A stretch of 20,000 nucleotides of DNA. Source: an uncultured virus (IMG/VR IMGVR_UViG_3300047554_000670). Lineage: Duplodnaviria > Heunggongvirae > Uroviricota > Caudoviricetes. Made by a program: the position numbers and the translations under genes. The stretch lies in IMG/VR virus record IMGVR_UViG_3300047554_000670; one strand, written 5' to 3'. Under the pieces are notes generated by a model. That model saw nothing but the letters and a program-made list of their open reading frames with translations. It made no database searches and was not told the origin of the DNA. This document shows positions 1 through 8,362 of this stretch, one piece after another. The stretch's first letter is position 1. Every line of letters starts with the position of its first letter.

Positions 1-157
1 CAAGCTTAGACAAATAGATATTCAATTTCCAATAAGGAAACTCACTTCGAGATACCCAAGCTTGATGTGTAGGAGTAGACTTGAGAATTAGCGTGTCTGT
101 ATTGGGAAGAAGAATTAGGTACATAAGCATGATGATAGACAACGAAAGGAGAAACAT
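1..157 (-). CDS. Partial hypothetical protein, runs off the left edge
   Basis: Open frame from ATG at 157 (MFLLSLSIIMLMYL...) to the window edge, on the same strand as its neighbours; the start could be a later ATG. Confidence 0.4.
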   Translation of the reverse strand, partial: MFLLSLSIIMLMYLILLPNTDTLILKSTPTHQAWVSRSEFPYWKLNIYLSKL

Positions 158-166
158 CAGAGGATA

Positions 167-589
167 CTAATTCTGATTCTGATTTAGTTCATCCAGAATA
201 CTTTGAAGCTTTTTGCGCTTATCATGTACCTTAAAGAGGTCATCAAGGCATTCTAGGAGAGCGATTACGGTGTTCTTCAGAATCTCAATTAGTTCTTCTT
301 CTGAGTAATTAAGAAGATTAACTTTCTTAATTGCAAACTCTAGAAGTTGAGGTTCAATAAGGATGGAACAAGTTGCATTTCGAGAAGTTGCTTGGATATA
401 AGGAGTCCCTTCATTAGTAATTTGAGAAGTGACTGTGAGAATCTCATCTTCTGATTCTCCTAGAAACACACCATAGCTACCGGAAGAGTGAAAGTGAGTA
501 AAACACTTAGCCCAATCCGCCTTAGGAATTAGGTTAATAAGTTTGATTCGTTCTTGCAGAATTTGATACTTAGTTTGAAGTTCTTCCAT
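167..589 (-). CDS. Hypothetical phage protein (140 aa)
   Basis: ORF track; ATG start; part of a compact minus-strand array. Confidence 0.75.
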   Translation of the reverse strand: MEELQTKYQILQERIKLINLIPKADWAKCFTHFHSSGSYGVFLGESEDEILTVTSQITNEGTPYIQATSRNATCSILIEPQLLEFAIKKVNLLNYSEEELIEILKNTVIALLECLDDLFKVHDKRKKLQSILDELNQNQN

Positions 590-635
590 TGTTTTTACCT
601 AAAATTGAGTAAGAAGGAGAAACACAAGGAACAAG

Positions 636-1007
636 CTACTTAGACTTCTTAGATGCTTTAGAAATAGATGCCCCTAAAGCCAAGTAATAACCTAAGTCAT
701 ACCATCCACCGTTATTGTTAGCATTGTAGATACTAACATTAGGGTTAAACCAAGAAAGGATAAGGTTGATGACACAGAGAAACCCATCCAAGAAACCGTT
801 AAAGAATCCGGCAACTTTACCGTTAACCGGAACCCCTTGCATAGCATTAGCAGGAGGATGCCACCCTGTAGCCTGAACAACCCAAGCTACCAGTCCAACA
901 AAAGTAACTAGAAATCCTACAACCACAATAGTTGCAACAAAAACGTTAACACTTTTACTCTTCATACGGTTTTTCTTTTTCATGTGAGAGGTCAATGGTT
1001 TTTTCAT
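636..1007 (-). CDS. Conserved-type hypothetical membrane protein
   Basis: Basic N-terminus, hydrophobic helix, then AGFFNGFLDG...SIYNANNNGGWYDLGY, resembling a widespread uncharacterised bacterial membrane family (AGFWxGLWHG...IYExxNxGxWYxxGF); ATGA overlap with the upstream ORF. Confidence 0.75.
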   Translation of the reverse strand: MKKPLTSHMKKKNRMKSKSVNVFVATIVVVGFLVTFVGLVAWVVQATGWHPPANAMQGVPVNGKVAGFFNGFLDGFLCVINLILSWFNPNVSIYNANNNGGWYDLGYYLALGASISKASKKSK

Positions 1008-1204
1008 AGAAACACACGAAAGAAACTGACCAGTTCTTCATAGGAAGAAACCACACACAAAGGAGTGTCTTCAGTTTCATCCTGAATCTTAATAAAAGCG
1101 GGGTATACAACACTGAATGTATACCCCTTCATTGAGAAAGTCTCATAGTCACCTGCTAGGACAGATGCCCATAGTTGTTTGACAAATAAGGAAATAGGGG
1201 GCAT
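1004..1204 (-). CDS. Hypothetical protein (likely start ATG 1204)
   Basis: ORF track 1004..1288; ATG at 1204 lies just after the stop of 1209..1523 and avoids a long overlap. Confidence 0.6.
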   Translation of the reverse strand: MPPISLFVKQLWASVLAGDYETFSMKGYTFSVVYPAFIKIQDETEDTPLCVVSSYEELVSFFRVFL

Positions 1205-1208
1205 AACA

Positions 1209-1523
1209 CTATCCTTTGTAGTCAAAGAACTTCCCAAAATGTTCTTCTGTCTGAACTCGTGCTCGTACAGCCTTACAGAAGATATCAACTACAGTACGGG
1301 TTGGTAGACTTTGGATGTACTTATAACGAACCTCATTGCACATAGCTAAGTACTTAAGTCCTAGGGCGGATGTTTGCAATAGGGCTTGATACTTAGGTGT
1401 ATAGGGAGAGGATGATACTTCCATAACAATAGACTGACACAAATCAGCTAGTGTTAAGCCAGAGGGTAGTCGCTTGACCTTCAACAAAGTCTTAATTTCA
1501 GACTTGACATCGTAATTCATCAT
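1209..1523 (-). CDS. Hypothetical protein (104 aa)
   Basis: ORF track; fits the operon tiling. Confidence 0.7.
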   Translation of the reverse strand: MMNYDVKSEIKTLLKVKRLPSGLTLADLCQSIVMEVSSSPYTPKYQALLQTSALGLKYLAMCNEVRYKYIQSLPTRTVVDIFCKAVRARVQTEEHFGKFFDYKG

Positions 1524-1582
1524 TATTGTTGACTATGTAAGTGGACTGTATGAAAACTTATCCTTGGGTATAAGGGCAGTTC

Positions 1583-1708
1583 TTACCCTTGGGTATACAG
1601 GTGAACTTCATTAAACACACCCAATTTCTTCACCATATGAGGCATAATTCCAGCCTCACGTAAAGCATCAGGGATATTACGACTGTATTCCCCGGTAAAG
1701 CTGAGCAT
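1583..1708 (-). CDS. Small hypothetical protein (41 aa, MLSFTGEYSRNIPDALREAG...)
   Basis: Read manually, below the ORF-track cutoff; fills an intergenic gap; preceded by ACAACGAAAG, which also precedes the ORF starting at 5453. Confidence 0.55.
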   Translation of the reverse strand: MLSFTGEYSRNIPDALREAGIMPHMVKKLGVFNEVHLYTQG

Positions 1709-1746
1709 AGTTGTTTCTTTCGTTGTTAAGTTGTAGATTTCAATCA

Positions 1747-2064
1747 TTAGGTCTCCTTTGTGGAAATAATAAATACGAGATACGCTAGGAAGCCCTCTAG
1801 GTTATACGAGGGAAATACCACATTACTATCTGACAAAGTAGGGTGGATATAACCTAGAGGAATGGGGGAAGAAAATGTATCAGAGGGGAACTTATATGTA
1901 AGATATACGAACCCATCTTCACGGATACTAAGGTAGAATCCCACACTAGGTTTATGTGCGAACTTGATTGTAATAGTGCCCATATCTCCATAGATATCGA
2001 CAGAATAACCAAAGTATGTGATTTGGACGTGAGATGAACGAAAAACAAGAGGGGTAACATTCAT
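1747..2064 (-). CDS. Hypothetical protein (105 aa)
   Basis: ORF track; ATGA overlap with 2061..2324. Confidence 0.7.
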   Translation of the reverse strand: MNVTPLVFRSSHVQITYFGYSVDIYGDMGTITIKFAHKPSVGFYLSIREDGFVYLTYKFPSDTFSSPIPLGYIHPTLSDSNVVFPSYNLEGFLAYLVFIISTKET

Positions 2065-2324
2065 GGTTGAAGTAGGTGATGAACAAGAAAGATGACATCA
2101 GAAAACCACAGTATGAGGTCTTCATTCACTTGCCCTACTATATGGCCAGAGCAATAAACAAGACCCTCATGGGTATAAAATTCAATTTGTCGATAATCTC
2201 TTTCACGAGATAACCGTTCAACAATTACTTTTCCTTCATCAACAGAAAGAATGAAGGAATCTTTTATCTGACAAGGGGACTTATTGTAAGTAAGCCCAAA
2301 AAGACTATAGATTTGGTCAAACAT
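2061..2324 (-). CDS. Hypothetical protein (87 aa)
   Basis: ORF track; coupled stop/start. Confidence 0.7.
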   Translation of the reverse strand: MFDQIYSLFGLTYNKSPCQIKDSFILSVDEGKVIVERLSRERDYRQIEFYTHEGLVYCSGHIVGQVNEDLILWFSDVIFLVHHLLQP

Positions 2325-2333
2325 TTTTTGGTG

Positions 2334-2561
2334 TTACTTCTTACTCATCTTTGCCCAAGCAATCATAAGAGACGGCCCTTCCCCTGTATTGATGTTATCT
2401 TGAGCATACCAAGAGCCACACAGATAAGAAATGACATAATCCTTCTCCGTATACAGAGAGACAATGACCTGGTGTGTGTTAGGGTCAGGAATCATAAGCT
2501 GATATCCCGACCCAAAAGTATCTTGGCAAAAGGATTCAACTTCGGACAGAAATGTTTTCAT
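2334..2561 (-). CDS. Hypothetical protein (75 aa)
   Basis: ORF track; ATGA overlap with 2558..3100. Confidence 0.7.
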   Translation of the reverse strand: MKTFLSEVESFCQDTFGSGYQLMIPDPNTHQVIVSLYTEKDYVISYLCGSWYAQDNINTGEGPSLMIAWAKMSKK

Positions 2562-3100
2562 GTTCTAGGTCTGATAGGGTATGGGTGAATAACATCATCA
2601 ACCTCCTTAATATGGTACTTAGTAAGAGGTTGACAAATCTCATAAGACTGAGTTCCTATGAGATATTGGTTGCTAGGCTCTAAGTCCCATAAATCATTGA
2701 CCATCTGGTATTGGTGGTCAGGATGGAGAAAAGCTTCTGGGTGATCCAGAATAACTACGGAGTCCTTAATCCCTTTATCCTGAATGGTCTTGAGGATAAA
2801 GGCATCAGGTCTGCCCTTATACCGGAACATATGAGGAGATAATGCGGTATTGAAGTGTACAGAATGAGTAAATATGTAGACACTTCCTAGATTGGAGAAA
2901 CGACAGTCAATTTCAACATCAACCGTAATCTCATCATCCAATACCGCATCTGGTAAGGGATGAAACTTTAGAAAAACACGAAAGAGAAACATCGATATGT
3001 CATCACTATATAATCCACCAATGGGATATATAGCTCGGAACTCATTGAGGTCAAACTTCATGACCCCATATCGACAAGATATATGTGTGATTTTCATCAA
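2558..3100 (-). CDS. Degenerate AAA_21/ABC-type ATPase C-terminal fragment, predicted inactive
   Basis: SVVILDHPEAFLHPDHQ matches Walker B/D-loop hhhhDEPExxLHPxxQ with E->H; QYLIGTQS matches the H-loop QhhhxTHS with H->Q; no Walker A in the ORF. Confidence 0.7.
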   Translation of the reverse strand: MMKITHISCRYGVMKFDLNEFRAIYPIGGLYSDDISMFLFRVFLKFHPLPDAVLDDEITVDVEIDCRFSNLGSVYIFTHSVHFNTALSPHMFRYKGRPDAFILKTIQDKGIKDSVVILDHPEAFLHPDHQYQMVNDLWDLEPSNQYLIGTQSYEICQPLTKYHIKEVDDVIHPYPIRPRT

Positions 3101-3327
3101 GGAAGCTCCAAGAAAAAGTGATTATACAGATACACCCCATTGAAGTCCCCACTAGTGAAGAGACTAAGGGACTTGAAATCAAAATCAACTACGGCTTTGA
3201 TGTCAAACTCAAACCACCAACGTTTTGGTGCTTGAGGAAATAAATTCAGTGACACAAGTAGCATCACTGATTTATCCGTTTCTGAAGCGGGACTAAAATC
3301 CCAGTTGAAATCAACCATGTTAATCAC
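3097..3327 (-). CDS. Hypothetical protein (76 aa)
   Basis: ORF track; GTGA overlap with the cysS stop and ATGA overlap downstream. Confidence 0.65.
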   Translation of the reverse strand: MINMVDFNWDFSPASETDKSVMLLVSLNLFPQAPKRWWFEFDIKAVVDFDFKSLSLFTSGDFNGVYLYNHFFLELP

Positions 3328-4598
3328 CTATCCTGAACTTCCACCCCTAATGCTAACAATTTCTGATGTATGAGGTCAGCTTCAGCCCAGTTCTTAGCTT
3401 TACGAGCTAAGTTTCGAGCCGAAATAAGTTGTAGTACATGCGAACTAAGTGCCTCATCTTCAATTGCCATAGCTCTTAACCCTAATACATCTGCCAAAAT
3501 CAACAGCGTAATGCTATTGCAAGGAGTTAAGTTCTTGGCTAACTCAAATAGAACTGCTAGAGCTTTGGCTGTATTAAGGTCACAGTCTAAAGCATCGTTG
3601 AATCGGGCAACAAAATAAAGGTCAAATTGACTATCTTCGGTTATATTCTCCTTAGCTTTAATCAAAGCTTTATTCAGAGATTTCCAACTATTTGATGCGG
3701 ATTCAAGAGCCTCCGTGGTAAATGCTAAAGGTTTACGGTAGTGAGCTTGAAGCACAAATAACCGTAGTGCCATGGGAGAAATACCCTGGAGGTCTAGCAA
3801 GTCTCTGATAGAGGTAAAGTTCCCCTGAGACTTAGACATCTTATCCCCATTGAGGGTTACAAATCCATTGTGGAGCCAAAACTGAGATAACATATGTCCC
3901 GTAACAGCCTCAGACTGTGCAATCTCATTCTCATGATGAGGAAATACGAGGTCCGCACCTCCACAATGAATATCGATACGGTCTCCTAAAGTATCTCGAA
4001 TCATGGCGGAGCATTCAATATGCCATCCAGGTCTTCCTGGACCCCATTTAGAGGGCCAGTTAGGTTCTTCGGGTTTTGCGCTCTTCCAAAGAACGAAATC
4101 ATTTTCTTTCGTTACCTCGATATTTCGTTTTGAAAGCTTACCATAGCCTTCAAACTTACTTATGTCAAAGTAAACCCCATCATCTTTAACTTCATAAGTG
4201 TATTCTTTCTGTTCTAGCTCATGAATTAGTCGTTTAATTCCATCAAGGGTATGAGTAACACGAGGGTAGGCATCAGCTTTCATAATGTTAAGCCTTTCCA
4301 TATCCTCAAAATATGCTTGGATGTATTTCTCCGCTATGTCCTCCATAAGTACATTTTCTTGTTTGGCCCGGTTGAGAATCTTGTCATCTATATCAGTGAA
4401 GTTCTGTACATACTTCACCTTATAACCTAACCAAAGAAGATATCTGCGTAGGGTGTCCCAGACAATATAGGAGCGGGCATGGCCAAGATGACAATAATCA
4501 TATACGGTTACACCACAGCAATATATACTAACTTGCTTTGGTGTAAGAGGTTGAAAGAGTTCTTCGCGACGTGTGAGGCTGTTGTAGAGGTATAACAT
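3324..4598 (-). CDS. cysS: Cysteinyl-tRNA synthetase (class I), cyanobacterial-like, shortened
   Basis: YCCGVTVYDYCHLGHAR (HIGH), NFTDIDDKI, GRPGWHIECSAM, DIHCGGADLVFPHHENE, KMSKS, and a C-terminal ARKAKNWAEAD anticodon helix. Confidence 0.97.
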   Translation of the reverse strand: MLYLYNSLTRREELFQPLTPKQVSIYCCGVTVYDYCHLGHARSYIVWDTLRRYLLWLGYKVKYVQNFTDIDDKILNRAKQENVLMEDIAEKYIQAYFEDMERLNIMKADAYPRVTHTLDGIKRLIHELEQKEYTYEVKDDGVYFDISKFEGYGKLSKRNIEVTKENDFVLWKSAKPEEPNWPSKWGPGRPGWHIECSAMIRDTLGDRIDIHCGGADLVFPHHENEIAQSEAVTGHMLSQFWLHNGFVTLNGDKMSKSQGNFTSIRDLLDLQGISPMALRLFVLQAHYRKPLAFTTEALESASNSWKSLNKALIKAKENITEDSQFDLYFVARFNDALDCDLNTAKALAVLFELAKNLTPCNSITLLILADVLGLRAMAIEDEALSSHVLQLISARNLARKAKNWAEADLIHQKLLALGVEVQDR

Positions 4599-4606
4599 AA
4601 ACTAAC

Positions 4607-4813
4607 CTACAAGAATGGAGTCATATCGAGGTATAAGTTTCCTCGACGGTTATCCTGTACAGGATAATAGTTATCGTTCACTTTTGTAGGAACGAGAGTG
4701 ACAAAGTGATATTCAGTACCGTCATGATACCAACCCACGTAATTACCGTTATCACCCCATGGCTCTAACCCGTAAATCGTTACCATCGGTTCTTTCATAC
4801 AATCTTCTCCCAA
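4607..4813 (-). CDS. Hypothetical protein (68 aa)
   Basis: ORF track; internal ATG at 4798 gives an ATGA overlap. Confidence 0.6.
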   Translation of the reverse strand: MGEDCMKEPMVTIYGLEPWGDNGNYVGWYHDGTEYHFVTLVPTKVNDNYYPVQDNRRGNLYLDMTPFL

Positions 4814-4980
4814 TCAGGGTGCTGGTCAATAATGTTAAACAGCCCTATAAGCCATATATCGCTAGGCTGATTACTCCAATCCCCATCTTCACAGAAGAAG
4901 ACAGGCCAGCCTTGGATAAACACGAAAGAAATTAGGCTTACTCCGCTTCTATGGCGGAAAATGACAAGACCTGTATCCAT
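4795..4980 (-). CDS. Hypothetical protein (61 aa)
   Basis: ORF track; fits the operon tiling. Confidence 0.6.
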   Translation of the reverse strand: MDTGLVIFRHRSGVSLISFVFIQGWPVFFCEDGDWSNQPSDIWLIGLFNIIDQHPDWEKIV

Positions 4981-5048
4981 GGCTATTCTAAATGAGTGTG
5001 AATTAATTAGGGGTGAAGAAGAAACATCTAGGGATATACCTTATAGGG

Positions 5049-5453
5049 TTAACGAGTAAAGCCCATACAACCTAAGACTAGACTTCCATTAGAGAAAGAT
5101 CGAACTACCTTGTAGGGACTAACCATACTCAAAGCTAGAGGACTACCACTCTGCTTAGCCATGGAGAGACATGGCAAAGACACAATTAGAATACCAGAAG
5201 GACCAACATCATCAGGAACTCCCGTAAGCTCCCCATATGTGGACTCAACAATGGGAATCCCATCAATCGGATTTGCTTCAACTGTAGAAACAGTAATTCG
5301 CGCATTACCCATTGAAGGCAATGAAAGAATGGGTGAAACACCTTCTTTTAGCCCCTCCGCGTTCCAAGTAGTAGGGTTAACCTGTGTCAGATTGATAAAG
5401 GCATCTTCCCTGTATACTTCAATTGAGTGAGGTGTTAAGTTGATGAAGGCCAT
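5049..5453 (-). CDS. NLTPH-motif protein; candidate Crn4-like cyclic-oligoadenylate ring nuclease
   Basis: Strong SD (AAAGGAGA); motif string INLTPH...G.ARI...DGIPI...YGE..G.P...LIVS...P..VVR...G...GC..F of a conserved virus-associated family; the Crn4 assignment is from memory and unverified. Confidence 0.55.
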   Translation of the reverse strand: MAFINLTPHSIEVYREDAFINLTQVNPTTWNAEGLKEGVSPILSLPSMGNARITVSTVEANPIDGIPIVESTYGELTGVPDDVGPSGILIVSLPCLSMAKQSGSPLALSMVSPYKVVRSFSNGSLVLGCMGFTR

Positions 5454-5510
5454 AATACAATTCTCCTTTCGTTGTGTACAAAAAACAAGTAGTCATTCGT
5501 TGGGCTAGGG

Positions 5511-6026
5511 TTAAATCAACTCATACCCGATTTTCACCTCATCTTGAATCCACCAAACCCAGCGAATAAGCTTTTGTTTGTCAATGCGTGGGTCAATACC
5601 TTCTAGAGCTAGCAGAGTTAGCTCAGAGAGTAACCGTTCTTTCGTATTATATCCCCGTAAGAGAGTATCTTTAATCACTTCAAATTCAAGACTGTCTAAG
5701 TCCAGCCCTTCTCGAAGAGATTTATACCAGATGTAAGCAACATCGCTGTAACGGGAGGGCCGCCGGATTTTAAGTCGCTTAAACGTAAATTGTTCAGGTT
5801 CAGTCTCCTGAAAGAAGGGTTCCTGAATCCATTCACCTGTTGACTCACTAACATATTCTGCATTCCAAGGAACCTCTTCTACCTGGAAGTTAGTCCCTTC
5901 CGGTTTTTTATCATAGCCATCTTGCTCCGAATGAACCCACATATGCACTACTTTCTCTGCCCCTGGGAGAGAAGTATTGTTGTCAGTAATTGCCCACTGG
6001 GTACGGAAACGGGGGAGAGTATACAT
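5511..6026 (-). CDS. Hypothetical protein (171 aa)
   Basis: ORF track; SD-like AGAGGA upstream of the ATG. Confidence 0.8.
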   Translation of the reverse strand: MYTLPRFRTQWAITDNNTSLPGAEKVVHMWVHSEQDGYDKKPEGTNFQVEEVPWNAEYVSESTGEWIQEPFFQETEPEQFTFKRLKIRRPSRYSDVAYIWYKSLREGLDLDSLEFEVIKDTLLRGYNTKERLLSELTLLALEGIDPRIDKQKLIRWVWWIQDEVKIGYELI

Positions 6027-6094
6027 GAGATGATTCCTCTATAGTAATGAACAAGCCTTTTATAGACATACTTAGGTCTATCACAACTAATGAA

Positions 6095-6286
6095 CTAATC
6101 CAAATCTATACGATCAATAGTTAACCATGATTCGGATTGGTCTCCGTGGTCCCATACACCATGGTCATGGGAGATCAATACTTCACGAGACTTATCAGGA
6201 GATTGAATCCAAATTTCTCCTACATCAATACTAATAACAGTCCAGCCTATGAACTGTTGGACTTTCTGCCAAGTTTCTTGAGTCAT
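6095..6286 (-). CDS. Hypothetical protein (63 aa)
   Basis: ORF track; fits the operon tiling. Confidence 0.65.
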   Translation of the reverse strand: MTQETWQKVQQFIGWTVISIDVGEIWIQSPDKSREVLISHDHGVWDHGDQSESWLTIDRIDLD

Positions 6287-6294
6287 AGTATATC

Positions 6295-6759
6295 TCAGTG
6301 GTATGTACGAGACTTATCCCATACCCCACAAGGGGATAGGTTGTATATGACTCTAACCACCTCCAAGGGGAGGGGCATAGAGTCAAGAGAGGATACTTTA
6401 AGAACAGAGTCAGTAGATTCTAACTTACAGTTCTTGTTCTTAAGAACTCTCCTTAGAGTTCTTGTCTCACGTTCATCATTAGTCTCATACCCGTAATAAG
6501 TCCATCCCCATTGATTCAGGGTGAACTTATTAATGGGTGTAGGCTTAAGGCTATCCTTTCTAAGCTTAAGCAATTTCTGCTTAGCTAGAATATTGCAAGC
6601 ATGTTCAAACTTTATATTTTGTTTTGTACATAACTGAACTATGGAAATCCGGTCTAGTTTAATCAGGATACTCTTACCATCTTTGGTCTCTCCTACCTTG
6701 TGATGATAGAAAGGAGAAGATGACGAAAGGAAAGACTCACACCAAGTTGAGTAGGTCAT
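6295..6759 (-). CDS. Hypothetical protein (154 aa)
   Basis: ORF track; ATGA overlap with the upstream ORF. Confidence 0.75.
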   Translation of the reverse strand: MTYSTWCESFLSSSSPFYHHKVGETKDGKSILIKLDRISIVQLCTKQNIKFEHACNILAKQKLLKLRKDSLKPTPINKFTLNQWGWTYYGYETNDERETRTLRRVLKNKNCKLESTDSVLKVSSLDSMPLPLEVVRVIYNLSPCGVWDKSRTYH

Positions 6760-6959
6760 AGGACTTCAATCTTGATATAGGGACGTGGAGGGGGAGTAAG
6801 AGACACTATTGCATATTCAACCCAACCATCAGGGGTTTCTTTCCAGATGGTCTCAGGGACATGCGTATTTCTGACTTTATCTATTGCCGCATCCTGAACT
6901 TGGACTAAAGTTCTAGAAAACAGCCCAGAATCTTTCATTTCAGTGGTAGCGTATCTCAT
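6756..6959 (-). CDS. Hypothetical protein (likely start ATG 6959)
   Basis: ORF track 6756..6992; the TTG at 6992 lies in a terminator U-tract, so the in-frame ATG is preferred. Confidence 0.65.
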   Translation of the reverse strand: MRYATTEMKDSGLFSRTLVQVQDAAIDKVRNTHVPETIWKETPDGWVEYAIVSLTPPPRPYIKIEVL

Positions 6960-6990
6960 TTGTTTACTCTGTGTAAGATGAAAGACAAAC

Positions 6991-7024
6991 AAAATAAAAC
7001 CCCTAAGATTTATATCCTAGGGGT
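6991..7024 (-). terminator. Intrinsic terminator
   Basis: Minus strand ACCCCTAGGA-TATAAA-TCTTAGGGGT followed by TTTATTTT. Confidence 0.65.
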
Positions 7025-7110
7025 ATAACCTGACTTAACCGATAGTTTAGAGTCATTTCGGACTATAAGGTATGGGCTAAGATGAAATAAGTGATAACGA
7101 AAGATATACT

Positions 7111-7635
7111 TTATCTTTCTTCATCCCATTCTTCACACTGCAATGGTGTGGGGGATGTAACGACACACCCTTTATATAACTTAACTAAGGTATGTGTTCG
7201 GAAAAAAGCGGATTCAAACCACCCTTCCTGTACATATCCTGCCCGACCAACCGATGTGGTCCGGCATAATCTGAAATCATCAGTGACCTCCCCACTGAAG
7301 TCTGGAATTCTGTATGACAAATTCCCGTGTCCACGCCACTCCATTAACTTTTCCCAGCTTTTAGGAATAGGAGATGAAGAGTTATTTAAGTAAATCTCTA
7401 CAAGTTCTTTCCACAGGTGTTGGGAAAGATGATGATGACGAGCTTCTATAACAGACCCATCAACACTGAGTTCAATTTCCTTATCTTCATTAACGGAGAT
7501 TAAGAAACCAGGTAATACATAGTCGGCGGGTAGGAAACCCTCTGGGAAATTTTCAACCCCTAGTAGAATATCTTTCTCAATCTCATCTGCTTCCCACGAA
7601 AGGAGAGCTTCATCAGTGATAAGAATATTAACCAT
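7111..7635 (-). CDS. Hypothetical protein (likely start ATG 7635)
   Basis: ORF track 7111..7656; GAGG precedes ATG 7635. Confidence 0.75.
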   Translation of the reverse strand: MVNILITDEALLSWEADEIEKDILLGVENFPEGFLPADYVLPGFLISVNEDKEIELSVDGSVIEARHHHLSQHLWKELVEIYLNNSSSPIPKSWEKLMEWRGHGNLSYRIPDFSGEVTDDFRLCRTTSVGRAGYVQEGWFESAFFRTHTLVKLYKGCVVTSPTPLQCEEWDEER

Positions 7636-7663
7636 TATTAACCTCAAGATGAACAAAACAACT

Positions 7664-7730
7664 AAGTAGGGGCATAATTCCCTAGTATAGAAATAAGAAG
7701 GTTGAACTTATTTCTATAATTGGAAATCAT
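7664..7730 (-). repeat. Conserved intergenic stem-loop element, copy E1
   Basis: AAGTAGGGGCATAATTCCCTAG is identical to 11895-11916; 12-bp perfect inner stem TATAGAAATAAG/CTTATTTCTATA. Confidence 0.85.
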
Positions 7731-7741
7731 GACGAAAGAAA

Positions 7742-7945
7742 TTAAGGAAAGACTGATGTGCATTCAATAGCACCAGTTAAGACTACTCTCCACCCCTCCT
7801 TAATGAACTTCATACAGTCATTCTCTTGGATAGCTTTAGTTGTAGCTTCTTGTTCTGAGTCAGCTTTTATATTGTGGGAATTAATTAACTTGATGGTTAA
7901 GGTTTTATCCCAACATAAGGCTGTTGTAACTAAGTAGGTTTTCAT
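7742..7945 (-). CDS. Hypothetical protein (67 aa)
   Basis: ORF track; ATG start. Confidence 0.65.
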   Translation of the reverse strand: MKTYLVTTALCWDKTLTIKLINSHNIKADSEQEATTKAIQENDCMKFIKEGWRVVLTGAIECTSVFP

Positions 7946-7952
7946 AGTTATA

Positions 7953-8255
7953 GGGGGGGCGGAAACAAATATAAAGAAAAGATTAAGACCCCATAGAGGA
8001 TATAAGATATTAAGACCCTATATGAGGCTATAGGTTATTAAGACCATATAAGGAGGGTATAGCTATATTCCTATATGAAGGGGAGTATAGGCGGGTATGA
8101 AGGGGGGGGGTCCAGGCTGGGTAAAAATTTTATAAGTTTACCTTATACCATATGAGTAAGAAAATAAGAGTACCTTATGGGTAAGGGAATAAGAACACTT
8201 TATGTGTAAAGAAATAAGATAAACCTATGTAAAAGAAATAAAGTAGACCTATGCG
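7953..8255. repeat. Non-coding block with two degenerate tandem arrays and G-tracts
   Basis: ATTAAGACC at 7982, 8009 and 8037; TATG..AAG..AATAAG units starting at 8151, 8176, 8201 and 8226, with a further TATG at 8250; G7 at 7953 and G9 at 8102. Confidence 0.8.
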
Positions 8256-8294
8256 TCAAATCTAATCTATAGCTATATAGTAATATAAATAGAC

Positions 8295-8329
8295 AAAAAA
8301 ATACCCTAGAAGATAACTCCTAGGGTATT
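8295..8329 (-). terminator. Intrinsic terminator after the 550-aa ORF
   Basis: Minus strand AATACCCTAGGAG-TTAT-CTTCTAGGGTATT plus a run of T. Confidence 0.8.
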
Positions 8330-8362
8330 GGGTTTAAGTCTTGTTACGGTAGCAGGTTAAGG

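Noticed and set aside
139..153. 15-mer ACAACGAAAGGAGAA identical to 5461-5475 in the opposite orientation
   Set aside because: A single pair 5.3 kb apart with no transposase or target-site duplication; insufficient to call an element
3300..3330. Stop-codon recoding (TGA read-through would give QDR*LTW at the cysS end)
   Set aside because: TGA acts as a stop in many ATGA/GTGA overlaps here (1004, 2061, 2558, 3097, 6756) and ORFs tile well under code 11
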